From positions 145,204,001-145,268,000 of the forward strand of contig NC_082715.1 in the NCBI RefSeq assembly GCF_030144855.1: a DNA stretch of 64,000 bases, in the 5' to 3' direction. Position numbers and translations under genes: made by a program. This document shows, piece by piece, positions 23,365 to 35,329 of this stretch (its first letter is position 1; each line of letters begins with the position of its first letter). Below the pieces are notes generated by a model that was not told the origin of the DNA, made no database searches, and was given only the letters and a program-made list of their open reading frames with translations. The stretch is from Hypanus sabinus. Its lineage: Eukaryota.

Positions 23365-25830
23365 GTAAACCTCCTCTAAACCCTCGCTACAGCTTCCACG
23401 TCCTTCCTATTCCGACCAGAATCAAACACAACAATGTCTGTGTAGTCTAAACAGAATTGTATGGAAATACAACATTAGCCTTGAACTCGATCCCTCGACT
23501 AATGCAGGCTAAATGCGTTCTAAATAACATTATTGACGAGCGGCAATTATTGAGAGATCTATGCGAGTGGACCCCAGGATCCCTTTGTCCTCTACACTAC
23601 TAAGAATCTTCTCCTTAACCTTATATTCTGTCTTTGATTTCGCTCTTCCAAAGTCCATTATTTCACATTCTTCCGCATTGAAAACCATCTGATACATAAC
23701 AGCCCAGCTGCGCATCCCATCAACGATCCCGTTGGAAACTACGACAATCTTATCCACAGCACCAACAGACTTGTGTCAACTATCCCATTGCCCTGTACAT
23801 AGACCATACCTCTCCGTACCACTCCCATCCATATTCTCATAATATTTAATACTTATTTTAAAAATTGAACTTATACCACATGCTCTACTTCCACTGGCAA
23901 CTCGTTCCACACTCTCACTACTCTCTGAGATGAAGTTCGTCTTCATGTTCGCCCTAAACATTTCACATTTCACCCTCAGCCCATGACCTTTAATTCTAGT
24001 TTCATCCAACCCTGGTGTAAAAAGCCTGCTTACATTTACACTATCTATTCTCCACATCATTTTGCATATCTCTATCCAATCTCCCCTCATTCTCCTATGC
24101 TCCAAGGAAGAAAGCGCTAACCTCTTCAATCTTTCCACACAAGTTACATCACAAGTTACGTCGTATACACCGCTCTACTTTTATCAACTTCTTTAGTCAC
24201 TTTCTCGAAAAAGTCAATCAGGTTTGTGAGAAATGAACTGCCACCCAGTTAGCTGTACTCTGTGTAATCAGACTATTCTTCTCCAAATGCTCAAAAACTC
24301 TGCCTTTAAGAATCACTTCCAAAGTTTGTCCACCACGGACATGTAGCTCTGGTCTATAATTCCCAGGATTATCCCTGTCTCTCGGTTTCTTTTTGCACTA
24401 CCTTACTTTCCCTTCTCTATTTTATAATTTTGATTGATAATTTAATTTTTTTATTATATTTACTTCGATTTGTACTCCAGAGAGCGCGAAGTGCAGAGTC
24501 AAGTATCACTGTGATGATTGTATGCTCTAGTATCAATTGTTTGCTGACAACAAAGTAGAGTAAGAAAATAAGTAAGTACGTAATCCCTTTCTTCAACAAA
24601 ATAATAACATTTGAGACCCTCCAGTCTTCTGCTACTCCTCCTGTGTCCAATGAGGGCGCAAAGATTATCACCAAGAGGGAGCATTCTCTGCCGTCGTTTC
24701 CCGTACTAACCAGGGTATACACCATTCCGCCTCGGGGCCTTTTGTCTTTTTTCAAAAGTTCGACAATATCCTACTTCTTAACGTTTTATGCTGTTTGTGC
24801 TGTCCACACACAAGTCACGGTCCTTCTCAGAGGTGAATACTGAAGAACATTATTCATTAAGGAGCTCCCCTACCTCCTCTGACACCAGGCACATGGTTCC
24901 TCTTCTTTTACTCACTCTAGTCATCCTTCTGTTCTTCACCTACGTGTAGAACGTCTTGGGGATTTCCTTAATCATACTCGCCAAGCTCTTCTCATTCCTC
25001 CTTCTAGCTCTCTTAAGTTCATTAGTCAGCTCCTTCCTGGCTGCTTCTTAACACTCAAGAGTTCTGTCTGATATTTCCTTCAAAACTTGTTATTGGAATT
25101 CTTCTTTCCTCTTGGTGGGATGCTTCGCATCTCTTGCCAACCATGCTTCCTTCTCCCTAACATCCATGTTCAACTGGGAGAACCCTACCCAGAAACCCAT
25201 TAGTGTTCGCTTCACAACTTCCACATTTCCTTGTTCATTTCCCTGATAAAACTAATTCCCAATTTCTACTCACAAGCTCATGTATTATAGCATCATAATT
25301 TCCTCTCCTGCAAAACAATCTGCTCTTGTCCCTCTCCAAGTGTATGGTAAATTAGGGAGTCGTGAATGTGATTAGGGAGGAGCAATCTGACACCTGGCCT
25401 GTTCCATTGGCTAGCACTAGTACCAGTAAGGCCTCTCTTCTAGTTGGCCTGTCCACATATTCAGGAATCCTTCATTAACAGACCTAACAAACTCTGCCCT
25501 GTTTAAATCTTTTGCATGTAAGCTAATGGAATCATTATTAGGGAAGTGCGTGTTTTAGCAGCTTTCCAAAATCGACCTGCCGACCTACTCCTCGATGTTC
25601 CTGAAGGTGGTGTGCGCTGTACAATACTCCCATCAGATAGAATGCAACCCCTCCTATTTCTGAATTCCACCCACGGAGACTCAATAAACGATCTCTCCAC
25701 GACTTCCTCACTTTCTGTATCTGCGATACTATCCCTGATTGGCAATACCATTCCTCCCTGACCCTTTTCGAGATATCTGAACATAGGAACATTCAGCAAC
25801 TCTTCCTGCCTTTGTGACAACCATATTTTG
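23365..25830 (-). mobile_element. Older decayed CR1-type fragments, with a ~205-bp plus-strand LINE tail inserted at about 24373-24578
   Basis: Homologous to 2870-3700 and 4310-6780. The insert ends GACAACAAAGTAGAGTAAGAAAATAAGTAAG and is absent from the 4500-4560 paralog. Confidence 0.65.
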
Positions 25831-26259
25831 GTTTATATTTTGGATCGGGAACGAGATCGTTTCCTACAAGAATAAAAAGACAAATACATGTTATCATCGA
25901 ATTTTACCTCTTACCCTTACAATGCAAATAATTTTCCACATTTCACTGGCAATTAGTTAGGAATTTTCTTCCCTCCCAACGTTCGCTTATGGTGACAAGA
26001 ACTTCCAATCTTACTGATGACTGTCCATGAAAAGTCACAGAGAAAAGTATAAAGAATAAATGATAAAAGGAGAAAGTTTTTCTTAACGAATAGACAAAAT
26101 ACAGAGGCGTCCAATCACCATGCCAATGGAACTCCAATGAAAGTTGATCAGATGACAGAGTGCACAGAGGAGAGGCGGAATTAGTAGATGTTTTCAGAAG
26201 CTTACAGTCTGTAAATCATAGAAGTCTCAAAGAATTCTACGACATGAGCAACTGCTCTG

Positions 26260-28600
26260 AGCGTCCTTTGGACTCGGACCCCAGGTTCCCTCTGATCCTT
26301 CACACTACCAAGAGTCTTACCGTTAATATTATATTCTGTCATCACATTTGACCTACCAAACTGAACCACTTCACACCTATCTGGATAGAACTCCACCAGC
26401 CGCTTCGCAGTCCAGTTTTGCATACTATCAATGTCCCGGTGTAACCTCTGACAATTCTCCACACTATCCACAACACCTCCAACTTCTGTGTCATCAGCAA
26501 ATTTCCTAAACTATCCCTCCGTTTCCCAGAACTATCCCAGAATAGATTCTTGAGGCACTCCACTGTTAACCGACATCCATGCAGAATATTACCCGTCTAC
26601 AACCACCCTTTGCCTTCTGTGGGCAAGCCAGTCCTGGATCCAAAAAGTGATGTTCCCTTCGATCACATGCGGCTTTACTTTCTCTATAATCCTTGCATGG
26701 GGTACCTTATCAAATGCCTTGCTGAAATCCATTTTCACTATATCTGCTGCTCTTCATTCATCAATGCGTTTAGTCACATTCTCAAAAAAAAATTCGATCA
26801 GGATCATAAGGCACGGCCTGCCCTTGACGAAGACATGCTAACTACTACTAATGATATTATATCTCTCAAAATGTTCATAAATCCTGTCTCTCCGTATGTT
26901 CACAATCAGCTTATTAATCACTGAGATAAGACTCAATGGCCCGTAATTTCCATGGCTATCGGAACTCCCTTTCTTCAATAAAGGAACAACATCCGCAAAC
27001 CTCCATTCCTACAGAACCTCCCCCTTCCCCATTGATGATGCAAAAATCATCGCCAGAGGCTAAGCAATCTTCTCCATCACCTCCTACAGTAGCATGGTGT
27101 ATATTTCGTCCGGACCGGGCGACTTATCCAACTTGATGCTTTCCAAAAGCTCCAGTACATCCTCTTTCTTAATATCTACACGCTCAAGCTTTTCGGTTCG
27201 CTGCAAGTCATCACTACAATCACTAAGAACCGTTTCCATAGTGAATACTGAAGTAAAGTATTCATTAAGTTCCTTTGTTATTTCCTCCAGTTCCATACAC
27301 ACTTCCCCACAGTCATATCTGATAGGTCCTATTCTTTCACATCAAATCCTCTTTCTCGTCACATACTTGTAGAATGCCTTGGGCTTTTCCTTAATACTGC
27401 CCGCCAAGACCTTGTCATCGCCCTTTCTATCTCTCCTAATTCCCTTCTTAAGCTCCTTCCTAGTAGCCTTACAATCTTCCAGATCTCTAACATTACCTAG
27501 CTCACTGAACCTTTTGTAAGTTTTCCTTTCTTCTTGAATAGATTTATTTCAGCCTCTGCACACCACGGTTCCTGTACTCTACCATAAGTTCCCTGTCTCA
27601 TTGTAACGCACCTGTACAGAGCTCAACACATATATCCCCTGAAGATTTGCTGCATTTCTTCTGTACTTGTCCCTGAGAACATCTGTTTCCAATTTAAGTC
27701 TCCAATTTCTTCCCTGATAGCTTCATAATTCCCCTTACACCAATTAAATATTTACTAACTTGTCTGGTCCTATCTCTGTCCAATGCTATTGTAAAGAAGA
27801 TAGAAATATGATCACTATCTCCAAAATGCTCTCCCGCTGAGAGATCTGACACCTGACCAGGTTCATTTCCCATACCAAACCAAGTACAGCCTCTCCTCTT
27901 ATAGGCTTATCTACATACTGTGTCAAGAAACCATTCTGAACAAACCTAACAAACTTCACCCCATCTCAGCCCCTCGCTCGAGGGAGATGCCAATCGATAT
28001 TTGTAAAATTAAAATCTCCCATCACGACATCTCTGTTATTATTACACCTTTCCAGAATCTGTTTCCTTATCTGCTCCTCGATATTCCTGTTACTATTGGG
28101 CGGCCAATAAAAACACCCAGTTAAGTTATTGAACCCTTCCGGTTCCTAACCTCCACCCACAGAGACTGCATAGAAAATCCCTTTATGCTGCCCACCTGTT
28201 CTGCACCTGTGACACTATCTCAGATCAACAGCCTACACCTCTTCTGCCTCCCTCCCTGTCCTTTCTGAAACATCTAAAACCCGGCACTTGAAATAACCAA
28301 TCCTGTCCCTGAGACATCCAAGTCTCTGTAATTGCCATCACATCATATCTCCAAGTACTAATCCGCTTTGTTCACAACACTCCTTGCATTAAAATAGACA
28401 CAACTCAAGCCTTCGGTCTGAGCGCATCCCTTATCTGTCACCTGCCTATCCTCTCTCTCGCACTGTGTACAAGCTTTCTCTATTTGTGATCCAATCTCCT
28501 CTTCCCAAGTCTCTTCAGTTCGGTTCCCACCCCACCCCCAAAAATCCTAGTTTAAAATCTCCCCAGTAGCCTTAGCAAACCTCCCCTCCAGGATACTTCT
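26260..28600 (-). mobile_element. Decayed CR1-type LINE (RT to endonuclease)
   Basis: Minus-frame remnants LNEYFTSVFT..IKLDKSPGPDEIY and VENCQRLHRDIDSMQNW. Confidence 0.8.
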
Positions 28601-28806
28601 CAACTTCATAGAAAAACACAAATAAGATGGGCGTCACGTGGGTGCCGGGCAAGATGGCTGCAAGTTAGTGGAGCTCCGACGACCCAACATAAAATTCTAT
28701 CAATTAGAGCATATTTATCCCGCCTTATTCGGATACAGCTTTTCGAGAGTTCAAATCGTTTGTTTTTTTACTGAAAAATAACAACATTGCGAGATAATTC
28801 GAGACG

Positions 28807-29656
28807 ATGCCAAGAACTTCGAAGAGCGCTACAGCGAGTCACGTGGCTACAAGTCAGGGCCCGCAATCCGAAGATCAAGACACGCTAACGACACAGACCG
28901 ACTGAGGCTCCTACATGGAGAATTTACTGGTTGAGGTTAGTGGTATAAGTTCCATTCTGCTCGGGGTGGCTACTGATTTGTCTACAATTAAAGAAACGAC
29001 AACGGAGTTGAAGAACTCCGTCAATGCCATTCAAGAGAGGCTGACGGAAGACGAGGTCGCCTCTCCAGCGTGGAGGACACCACTGTGCAGCTGGTGGGTG
29101 CCAGCGAGCAGACTAATAAACGCCTGGACCTGCTGTGGAACCGTGTCGAGGAGCTTGAGAATAGGAGCGGACGGAACAACGTCAGGCTGGTCGGTCTAAA
29201 GGAGGGTGCGGAAACGGGCGGTCTGATTAAGTGTGTGCAAAGAATCATGTCGGAGTGATTAGGCATCGAACTGAAAGCAGAGTTTGAGATTGAGAGGGCG
29301 CACCGGGTCCCGGCTCCGAGGTCGGGCGAGGATCGCCCCCACCCCCCAGGTTGGTATTAATACGATTCTTGCGCTCTTCAGCCAGAGAGAAAGTGCTGCA
29401 AGCGGCCATAGCAAAAAGAGGAGTTGGGTGGGAGGGATACAAAGTCTCCTTCTTTCCGGATATGACCAGAGAATTGGCTGAGAAACGGAGCGCATTTACT
29501 ACGGCTCGGAAAATGCTGCGAAGAGTCAACGTGACGTATACACTCGCTTATGCAGCTGTTCTCCGATTCACGTGGAAAGGAAAGAACACGTTCTTTACTA
29601 CTGCTGCAGAAGCAGTGAAATTCATTCAGGAAAAGTGCGGCGCTGGCACTGACTAA
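28807..29656 (+). pseudogene. L1 ORF1 (coiled coil plus RRM/CTD type), disrupted
   Basis: ELENRSGRNNVRLVGLKEGAE, FEIERAHRV, IRFLR..AREKVL, VSFFPDMTRELAEKRSAF; stops at 28903-28905 and 29256-29258 plus frameshifts. Confidence 0.88.
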
Positions 29657-29919
29657 GAGACAGTAATAGGTGGAGACAACTTTTTAGGTACAACAGGATG
29701 GGTGGGGAGCTGGATAAAGCGGTCTGATTAGTGCGAGGCTTACTAGCTGGCACGGTACTTCGCTGACCATCTCGTGTGTCTGTTTTTTTCCGTTTCTTTG
29801 CAGAGTTTATCCTGCCTATTTGCTTTTATTTGTTAGTTAATCTGACAGGAATATATTATCGCTATGTTTTGAGGTTATGTTGGTTGTTTAGTTGTTCGAA
29901 AGCGCAGCATTTGCAGTAG

Positions 29920-32690
29920 ATAAAACATCTGGAGGCAGAAACAACCACATTGGAAAAGGTCTTATCAAGACAAAATACCGATGACTTCTAAAAAGATCTG
30001 TGCAATTTGAAATTCCAGCTAAATAACATATATAACAAAGAAGCAGAATATGCATTATTTAGATTAAAAACAAGTTTCTATGAAGGTGGTGACAAAGCTG
30101 GTAAGCTGCTGGCACGATATTTAAAGCAGCAGAAGACGAATAGTCTTATACCTGTGAATAAGAAAGGGGACACATTAGTGTCATCATCTGAAGAAATAAG
30201 CGAAGTCTTTCAACAGTTCTATGAACATCTATATGCATCACCGTTTAATCATGACCAGGAGGAGCTGAATCAGTTTATCGCTAATATAAAATTGTCTACA
30301 TCATCCCCACAACAAGCTGAGTCCTTGGATGCCCCAATTACTGAGGATGACGTCGGACGGGCTATTGCAGCTATGAAAGTGGAGAAATCTCCAGGTATGG
30401 ATGGCTTCCCAGTTGAATATTATAAGAAATTTCTGGACATATTGGCTCCTATTCTAACAAAAATCTATTCAGAAGCATTTAATTTGGAATCTTTACCTAA
30501 TACATTTAATGAAGCATTAATTCGTTGATCCCAGAAAAAGACAGGGATGCAATAGACCCTTCCAATTAAAGGCCTAAAAGCTTAATTAATGTGGACTGTA
30601 AGATGCTGACTAAAATACTGGCTTGGCGATTAGAGAAAGTTTTACCATCTATAATTAACTCTGACCAGGTTGGCTTCATTAAAGGCAGATCCCCAACTGA
30701 CAATGTAAAATTACTGCACTTAACATGGCTGTACTCCCCAAGTAGTATCCCAGTTACTGCCATCTCCCTGGATGCTGAAAAGGCCTTTCACAGGGTTGAG
30801 TGGAGATTTTTAACCATGGCCTTGTCATTCTTTGGGTTTGACTCTGTCTTTAATCATGGATTACAATTTTGTATAAAAACACAAAAGCTGCAGTAATTAC
30901 AAATGGTATCATATCCCCATTATTCAACAGTTCACGGGGTACACTCCAAGGCTGCCCCCTCTCCCCACTGTTATTTACGATGTTTTTGGAACCTTTGGAG
31001 GTCGTGATTAGAGCAGATCCAGATATTAGAGGCATGAAGTGGGGCAGAAAGGAACATAAGTTGATGCAGTATGCTGACGATATTTTATTACTGATTAATT
31101 ACTCTCCTCATTCCTTATACCCACTAATGAAAACAATTTAATTATATTCTGAAGTGTCTGGTTATAAATCTGAGGCTGTGCCAATGTCAAAATTGTGTTA
31201 TTCAAATTCAGTATCTCAGTTTAATTTTAGATGGGTGCCAGTTGGAATGATGTATCAAGGGGTCAAACACAATCAGAATTTGGATGAAGTAATTACTTTA
31301 AATTCTGATCCATTATTGAGTAGGTTAAGAAATAATCTGGCTAAGTGGGGTGTTCTGCGACTGTCACTCTGAGATAAAGTCAATGTAGTTAAAATGGTCA
31401 GAGCACCTCAGTTTAACTATCTTTCTATGCTGCTTCCTTTAAATATTTCAGATTTGATCGACAAGCAATACAACAAAATTATTATTGACTTTCTATAGGA
31501 TAAGAAGAAGCCCAGAATTAAAATGAGTAAGATGTGTATGTCCAGTGACATGGGTGGGCTCTGTCTACCAGACGTCAGGGCATATAAATTATCCTTTGAA
31601 ATGATCAAGTTAGCTAAACATTGGGACAGGGCAGATGTTGATTTAGATTGTGTAGTTATAGAACGGAGCTTGGCTGCACCACATTCTCCCCTTAACATTC
31701 TCTCACAACATGTGGAAAACAACACTAATCTAAATCCTATACTATTTCACTCAAGGGGTGTGTGGAGTACTATTCATGAATCTTGTAAAAATGTCACATT
31801 TAAAGCTGTTATACTCCTCGCTCTGGAATGCCCCTGTGAAACGCATTGGGAAAAGAATGGTGTACTGGAAGGAACGGAAGATTAAAGGTGTAAATACAGT
31901 AGGTGGTCTCAGTGAGATTGGGATTTTTATGTCGTATGTGGATTTGCAGAGGAAATATAACTTTGTAGATAAAGGGAATTTCTGGAAGTATTTACAAATA
32001 AGACATTGCGTTAGTAGCATATTCAACAATGGTGACCCACAAAGTAACCCTTTAACTGAATACCTTACACTACCACAGGAAGTTCATAAAGCATCAGTGT
32101 TATATTAAATGTTCAGGCACTCTGTGGGTGACCCGTGTAACAATCTTAAAGCAGTATGGTAGAAGGATCTTGGAAGTTATATTGAAGATAATGAGTGGTC
32201 AAATATTTTATCACATGTGGGTAGACATATTAGGGAAGCGAGAGGGAAATTTATTCAGTATAAGAGAGTACACAGATATTATTGGACACCAACTAAACTC
32301 TACAAAATGGGGATTGTTGATAATCGTTTATGCTGGAAATGTAAAAATGAGGTGGGCACATGTTTTCATATGATTTGGGAGTGTTCCATGGTTCCTCCAT
32401 GTTGGTGTAAAGTTCTTGATTTGTTGGGGATTTGGTCGGGTTCCACACTGCCCTTCTGCCCACGGCTTTGTCTCCTGGGTGATCGGAGAATGATACCTAA
32501 TGTAAACCATGACTAATTTACTATTTTAAAGCTGGGTTTCATCACAGCTGCAAGAATTATATTGCAAAACTGGAAAAAAACCAGATGTCCCACTGTGAGG
32601 GAATGGACTGAGGAAAGGGTTAAGATTGCATCATATGAACTCATGTTGGGAAGAATTAACAGTGAGGGAAAAGTGCAAGATGCGTAGGAT
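29920..32690 (+). pseudogene. L1 ORF2 remnant (linker, RT, C-terminal Cys-rich region), fragmented
   Basis: FYEGGDKAGKLLA, KSPGMDGFPVEYYKKF, DQVGFIKGR, SLDAEKAFHRVEW, GTLQGCPLSPLLF, YADD, CWKCKNEVGTCFHMIWEC across several frames. Confidence 0.9.
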
Positions 32691-33327
32691 CAATTTCGGT
32701 TGTCTGTTAATTTAAACTTACATTAGAAGTTTTTTTCTGTTTCGTAATTTTATATGGTTTTCTGTCATGGAATGTCTGTATAAATATGCTGTACTGTATC
32801 TGCTCTATGATATGCTATGCAGCTTTGTAAACTAAGAATAAATAATAATAAAAAATTGAATTACAAAAAGAACACAAATAAATCGACCTAAGATAAGGGG
32901 CGTATTATTGAGTCTCACTGAAACACTGCAAAGGAGAAACTTCCACTGAAATTCTGAAACATTTTCCGTCGATATTCCAAGTATCATGTTTCACTACAGT
33001 ACTCCCTTCATTCCCGCCACCCTGAGTGAAACGCCAAACAGTTGCATCGTCTGTCCACCATCACAGGCGCTTCAGCTCATCGGTGCAGACAACACTTTAA
33101 ATGCATTGTGGCAATTAAACGGAAAGGCGTTTTACATCGACGTCAAAAGTGTATAACTTGTAACACGGGAAAGCTTTTACCTCAGCAGTTTAACACATTA
33201 TTCTGTGCATTATATTGATGAAACATGAGGATGAATTTCCGAGTTCTACTTTGGGGCTGCGTGGAAATGTGCAAACGTCAGTGACAGTGAATAGGTCATA
33301 AATTGGTAAATTTTCAAATTGCTTAAA

Positions 33328-34024
33328 TGTTGTCACATGTACCGAGGTGCAGAGAACAAACAGTTTCGCAGGCCCTTCATACCGATCAGTTCATCAGTGT
33401 ATTGAGATAGCACAGGCGAGCAGAATAAGGTGTTACAGTTACAGGGAAAGTGCAGTACAGGTAGGCAGTAAGGTGCAAGGGCATAACGACATAGAATGTG
33501 AGGTCAAGAGTCTATCTGATCGCAGTAGGGAAACATTTAGTGGTCACGTAACAACGAGACAGACGCTGTCTTTGAGCCTGGTGGTATGTGCCTTTAAAGC
33601 TTTTGGATCTTCTGCCCGATGGGATGGGGGAGGAGAGGCAATGTCAGTGATGGATAAGGTCTTTGCCGATATAGGCTGTTTTGCCGAGACAACGACAGTA
33701 TACACAGAATACATGGAGGGGAGTTGGCTTCCGTGATGTGCTGAGCTCTAGCATAGAGCATAGAGCAACTCTCTTTAGTTTATTTCAATTACCAGCAGAG
33801 CAGACACCATACCCAGCCGTGATGCATCCAGACACAATTCATCGATAAAAATTGCTGGGAGTCAAAGAGAGAGCGCCAATGAGCGCTCTTTGCCGTGACA
33901 TCTACGTGGTGGACCAGGATAGGTTGTTGGTGACGTCCTCTCCACTGAACTTGAATTTCTCAACACTCCCGATCTCAGCATCGTTTACATAGTTGCCCCG
34001 CCCATTTCCTGAAATCATGATCCA
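33328..34024 (-). mobile_element. Rex1/L2-like LINE 3' remnant abutting the promoter of the intact V gene
   Basis: Paralog of 14816-15490; it ends about 20 nt upstream of the octamer-like element. Confidence 0.7.
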
Positions 34025-34042
34025 ATTCATTCCTGAGTAGAG

Positions 34043-34060
34043 ATCTGCATGTATATATAT
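34043..34060 (+). promoter_or_regulatory. V promoter: octamer-like ATCTGCAT (34043-34050) and TATATATAT (34052-34060)
   Basis: About 120 nt upstream of the leader ATG; conserved in all three V promoters. Confidence 0.6.
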
Positions 34061-34169
34061 TTCAGTGACTTTGCAGTCTTTCACAGTTCTTAAGGAGCAG
34101 CTTCGAAAGCCCTGAACAGGACTTGTGTCCGAAAGCCTTTGACTTCTAAGTCTTCTTATCAGCTTCACC

Positions 34170-34218
34170 ATGGCTGAATGGGTCCTGGTACTTGCGGCGT
34201 TTGTGTCCTGTTTGTTGA
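34170..34218 (+). CDS. IGLV: Leader exon of the intact lambda gene (cluster 3)
   Basis: CACCATGG Kozak context; MAEWVLVLAAFVSCLL; phase-1 donor GTAAGT at 34219; 87-nt intron; splicing gives the signal peptide MAEWVLVLAAFVSCLLTANA. Confidence 0.93.
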
Positions 34219-34305
34219 GTAAGTAGAATACTTACTCCTTTATACTGTCCTTTATGTCGAGTTTTTACTTAAGGGTTTTAAATAGTTATTTGTTACTTTC
34301 CCCAG

Positions 34306-34659
34306 CTGCAAACGCGGAGGTGACTTTGACTCCTCAGTCTCCGTCCGTATCGGCGACTCCGGGTAGAACCGTGAAAATCACTTGTACCATGTCAGGGGGC
34401 AGCATCAGCAGCTACTACAGGAGCTGGTACATGCAGAAACCAGGCAGCGCCCCAGTTTTTGTGTGGTATGACAGCTCCACGAGAGGATCGGGAATTCCAG
34501 ATCGATTCACCGGTTCCATGGACTCATCGAACAACCAAATGCATTTAACCATCACCAACGCTCAAAGGGAGGACGCCGCCGATTATTACTGTGGTGTCTG
34601 GTATGATAGTAGCCCGTACGCATTCACCTTTGGGAGAGGAACCAAACTGAATTTCAACA
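34306..34659 (+). CDS. IGLV: Germline-joined lambda VJ exon, intact
   Basis: CCCCAG acceptor; open frame [23 protein letters not shown]...WYMQKPG...[30 protein letters not shown]; both Cys, the Trp and FGxG are intact; phase-1 donor GTAAGT at 34660; no RSS between V and J. Confidence 0.96.
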
Positions 34660-35329
34660 GTAAGTGAATATTTGTTGGGGTCTAATCACCTTTAGTTTTC
34701 GTTTGTGTTTTTACTTCGTTTGAACCTTGGAATAATATTATCAATCCTGATGCTTCGATCTGATTTACAGTCCGCCTCTCATTGTATCTTTACAAATCCG
34801 CAGGCAGAAAACTAGCACATATGCATCCTGTTTGCTTGGTAGGGTTACTTAATTTAGCAGAAAAGTATCTGCAAAACAACCTGAGTTCATTGCCATGACA
34901 TTTTTAAAATAGCTTCGTGAATAGATGCTTCGTGCTGTTAGCGAGTGTTTCTTAAAAGTGTCCCAGGGAACAGATGCATTAAAATATATTCACAACAGTG
35001 AGGTTTTGCATTAGACAACCGAGGTGAAGTCGTGTTTAGAGCCCACAAATTATTGTATAAATGATCTGAATGCCAATCGGCTGGAATATATTTTGTTAGT
35101 TTCTTAAAATTTATTTCTGCTAATATTACTTTATTTTGTGTATATTGTTTTGTGCACCTTGGTCTCCTAAAACGTTGCTATGTTTGACCGTGTACATGTA
35201 AACAGTTGACTGACGATACAATTTATCCTGAACTTGAAGCTTAATGGGGACCAGAGCCGAGCTGTGAATGTTACCGAATTGCGATAGAGAACTTTTATTT
35301 CCTTAAGACGGTAAAATATAGGAACAGTA

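Larger units (their letters stand above)
1..24761 (+). repeat. First copy of the ~37 kb higher-order segmental repeat (partner 37375-64000)
   Basis: Position 1 (ATCGCTCTTTAGC) recurs at 37375. Landmark offsets are 37374 (C1/C3), 37092 (psiVJ2/psiVJ4), 37103 (C2/C4) and 39263 at the window end. Many ORF-track entries recur in the same order. Confidence 0.97.
28626..32870 (+). mobile_element. L1-clade LINE, 5'-complete but missing the endonuclease domain; 11-bp target-site duplication
   Basis: AACACAAATAA at 28615-28625 and 32871-32881. It has a 5' UTR, ORF1 remnant, RT remnant and A-rich tail (AATAAATAATAATAAAAAA). Confidence 0.9.

Noticed and set aside
34254-34305. N-terminal extension [17 protein letters not shown] of the 137-aa ORF
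   Set aside because: This is leader-V intron sequence; the true leader exon is 34170-34218 with canonical splice sites.
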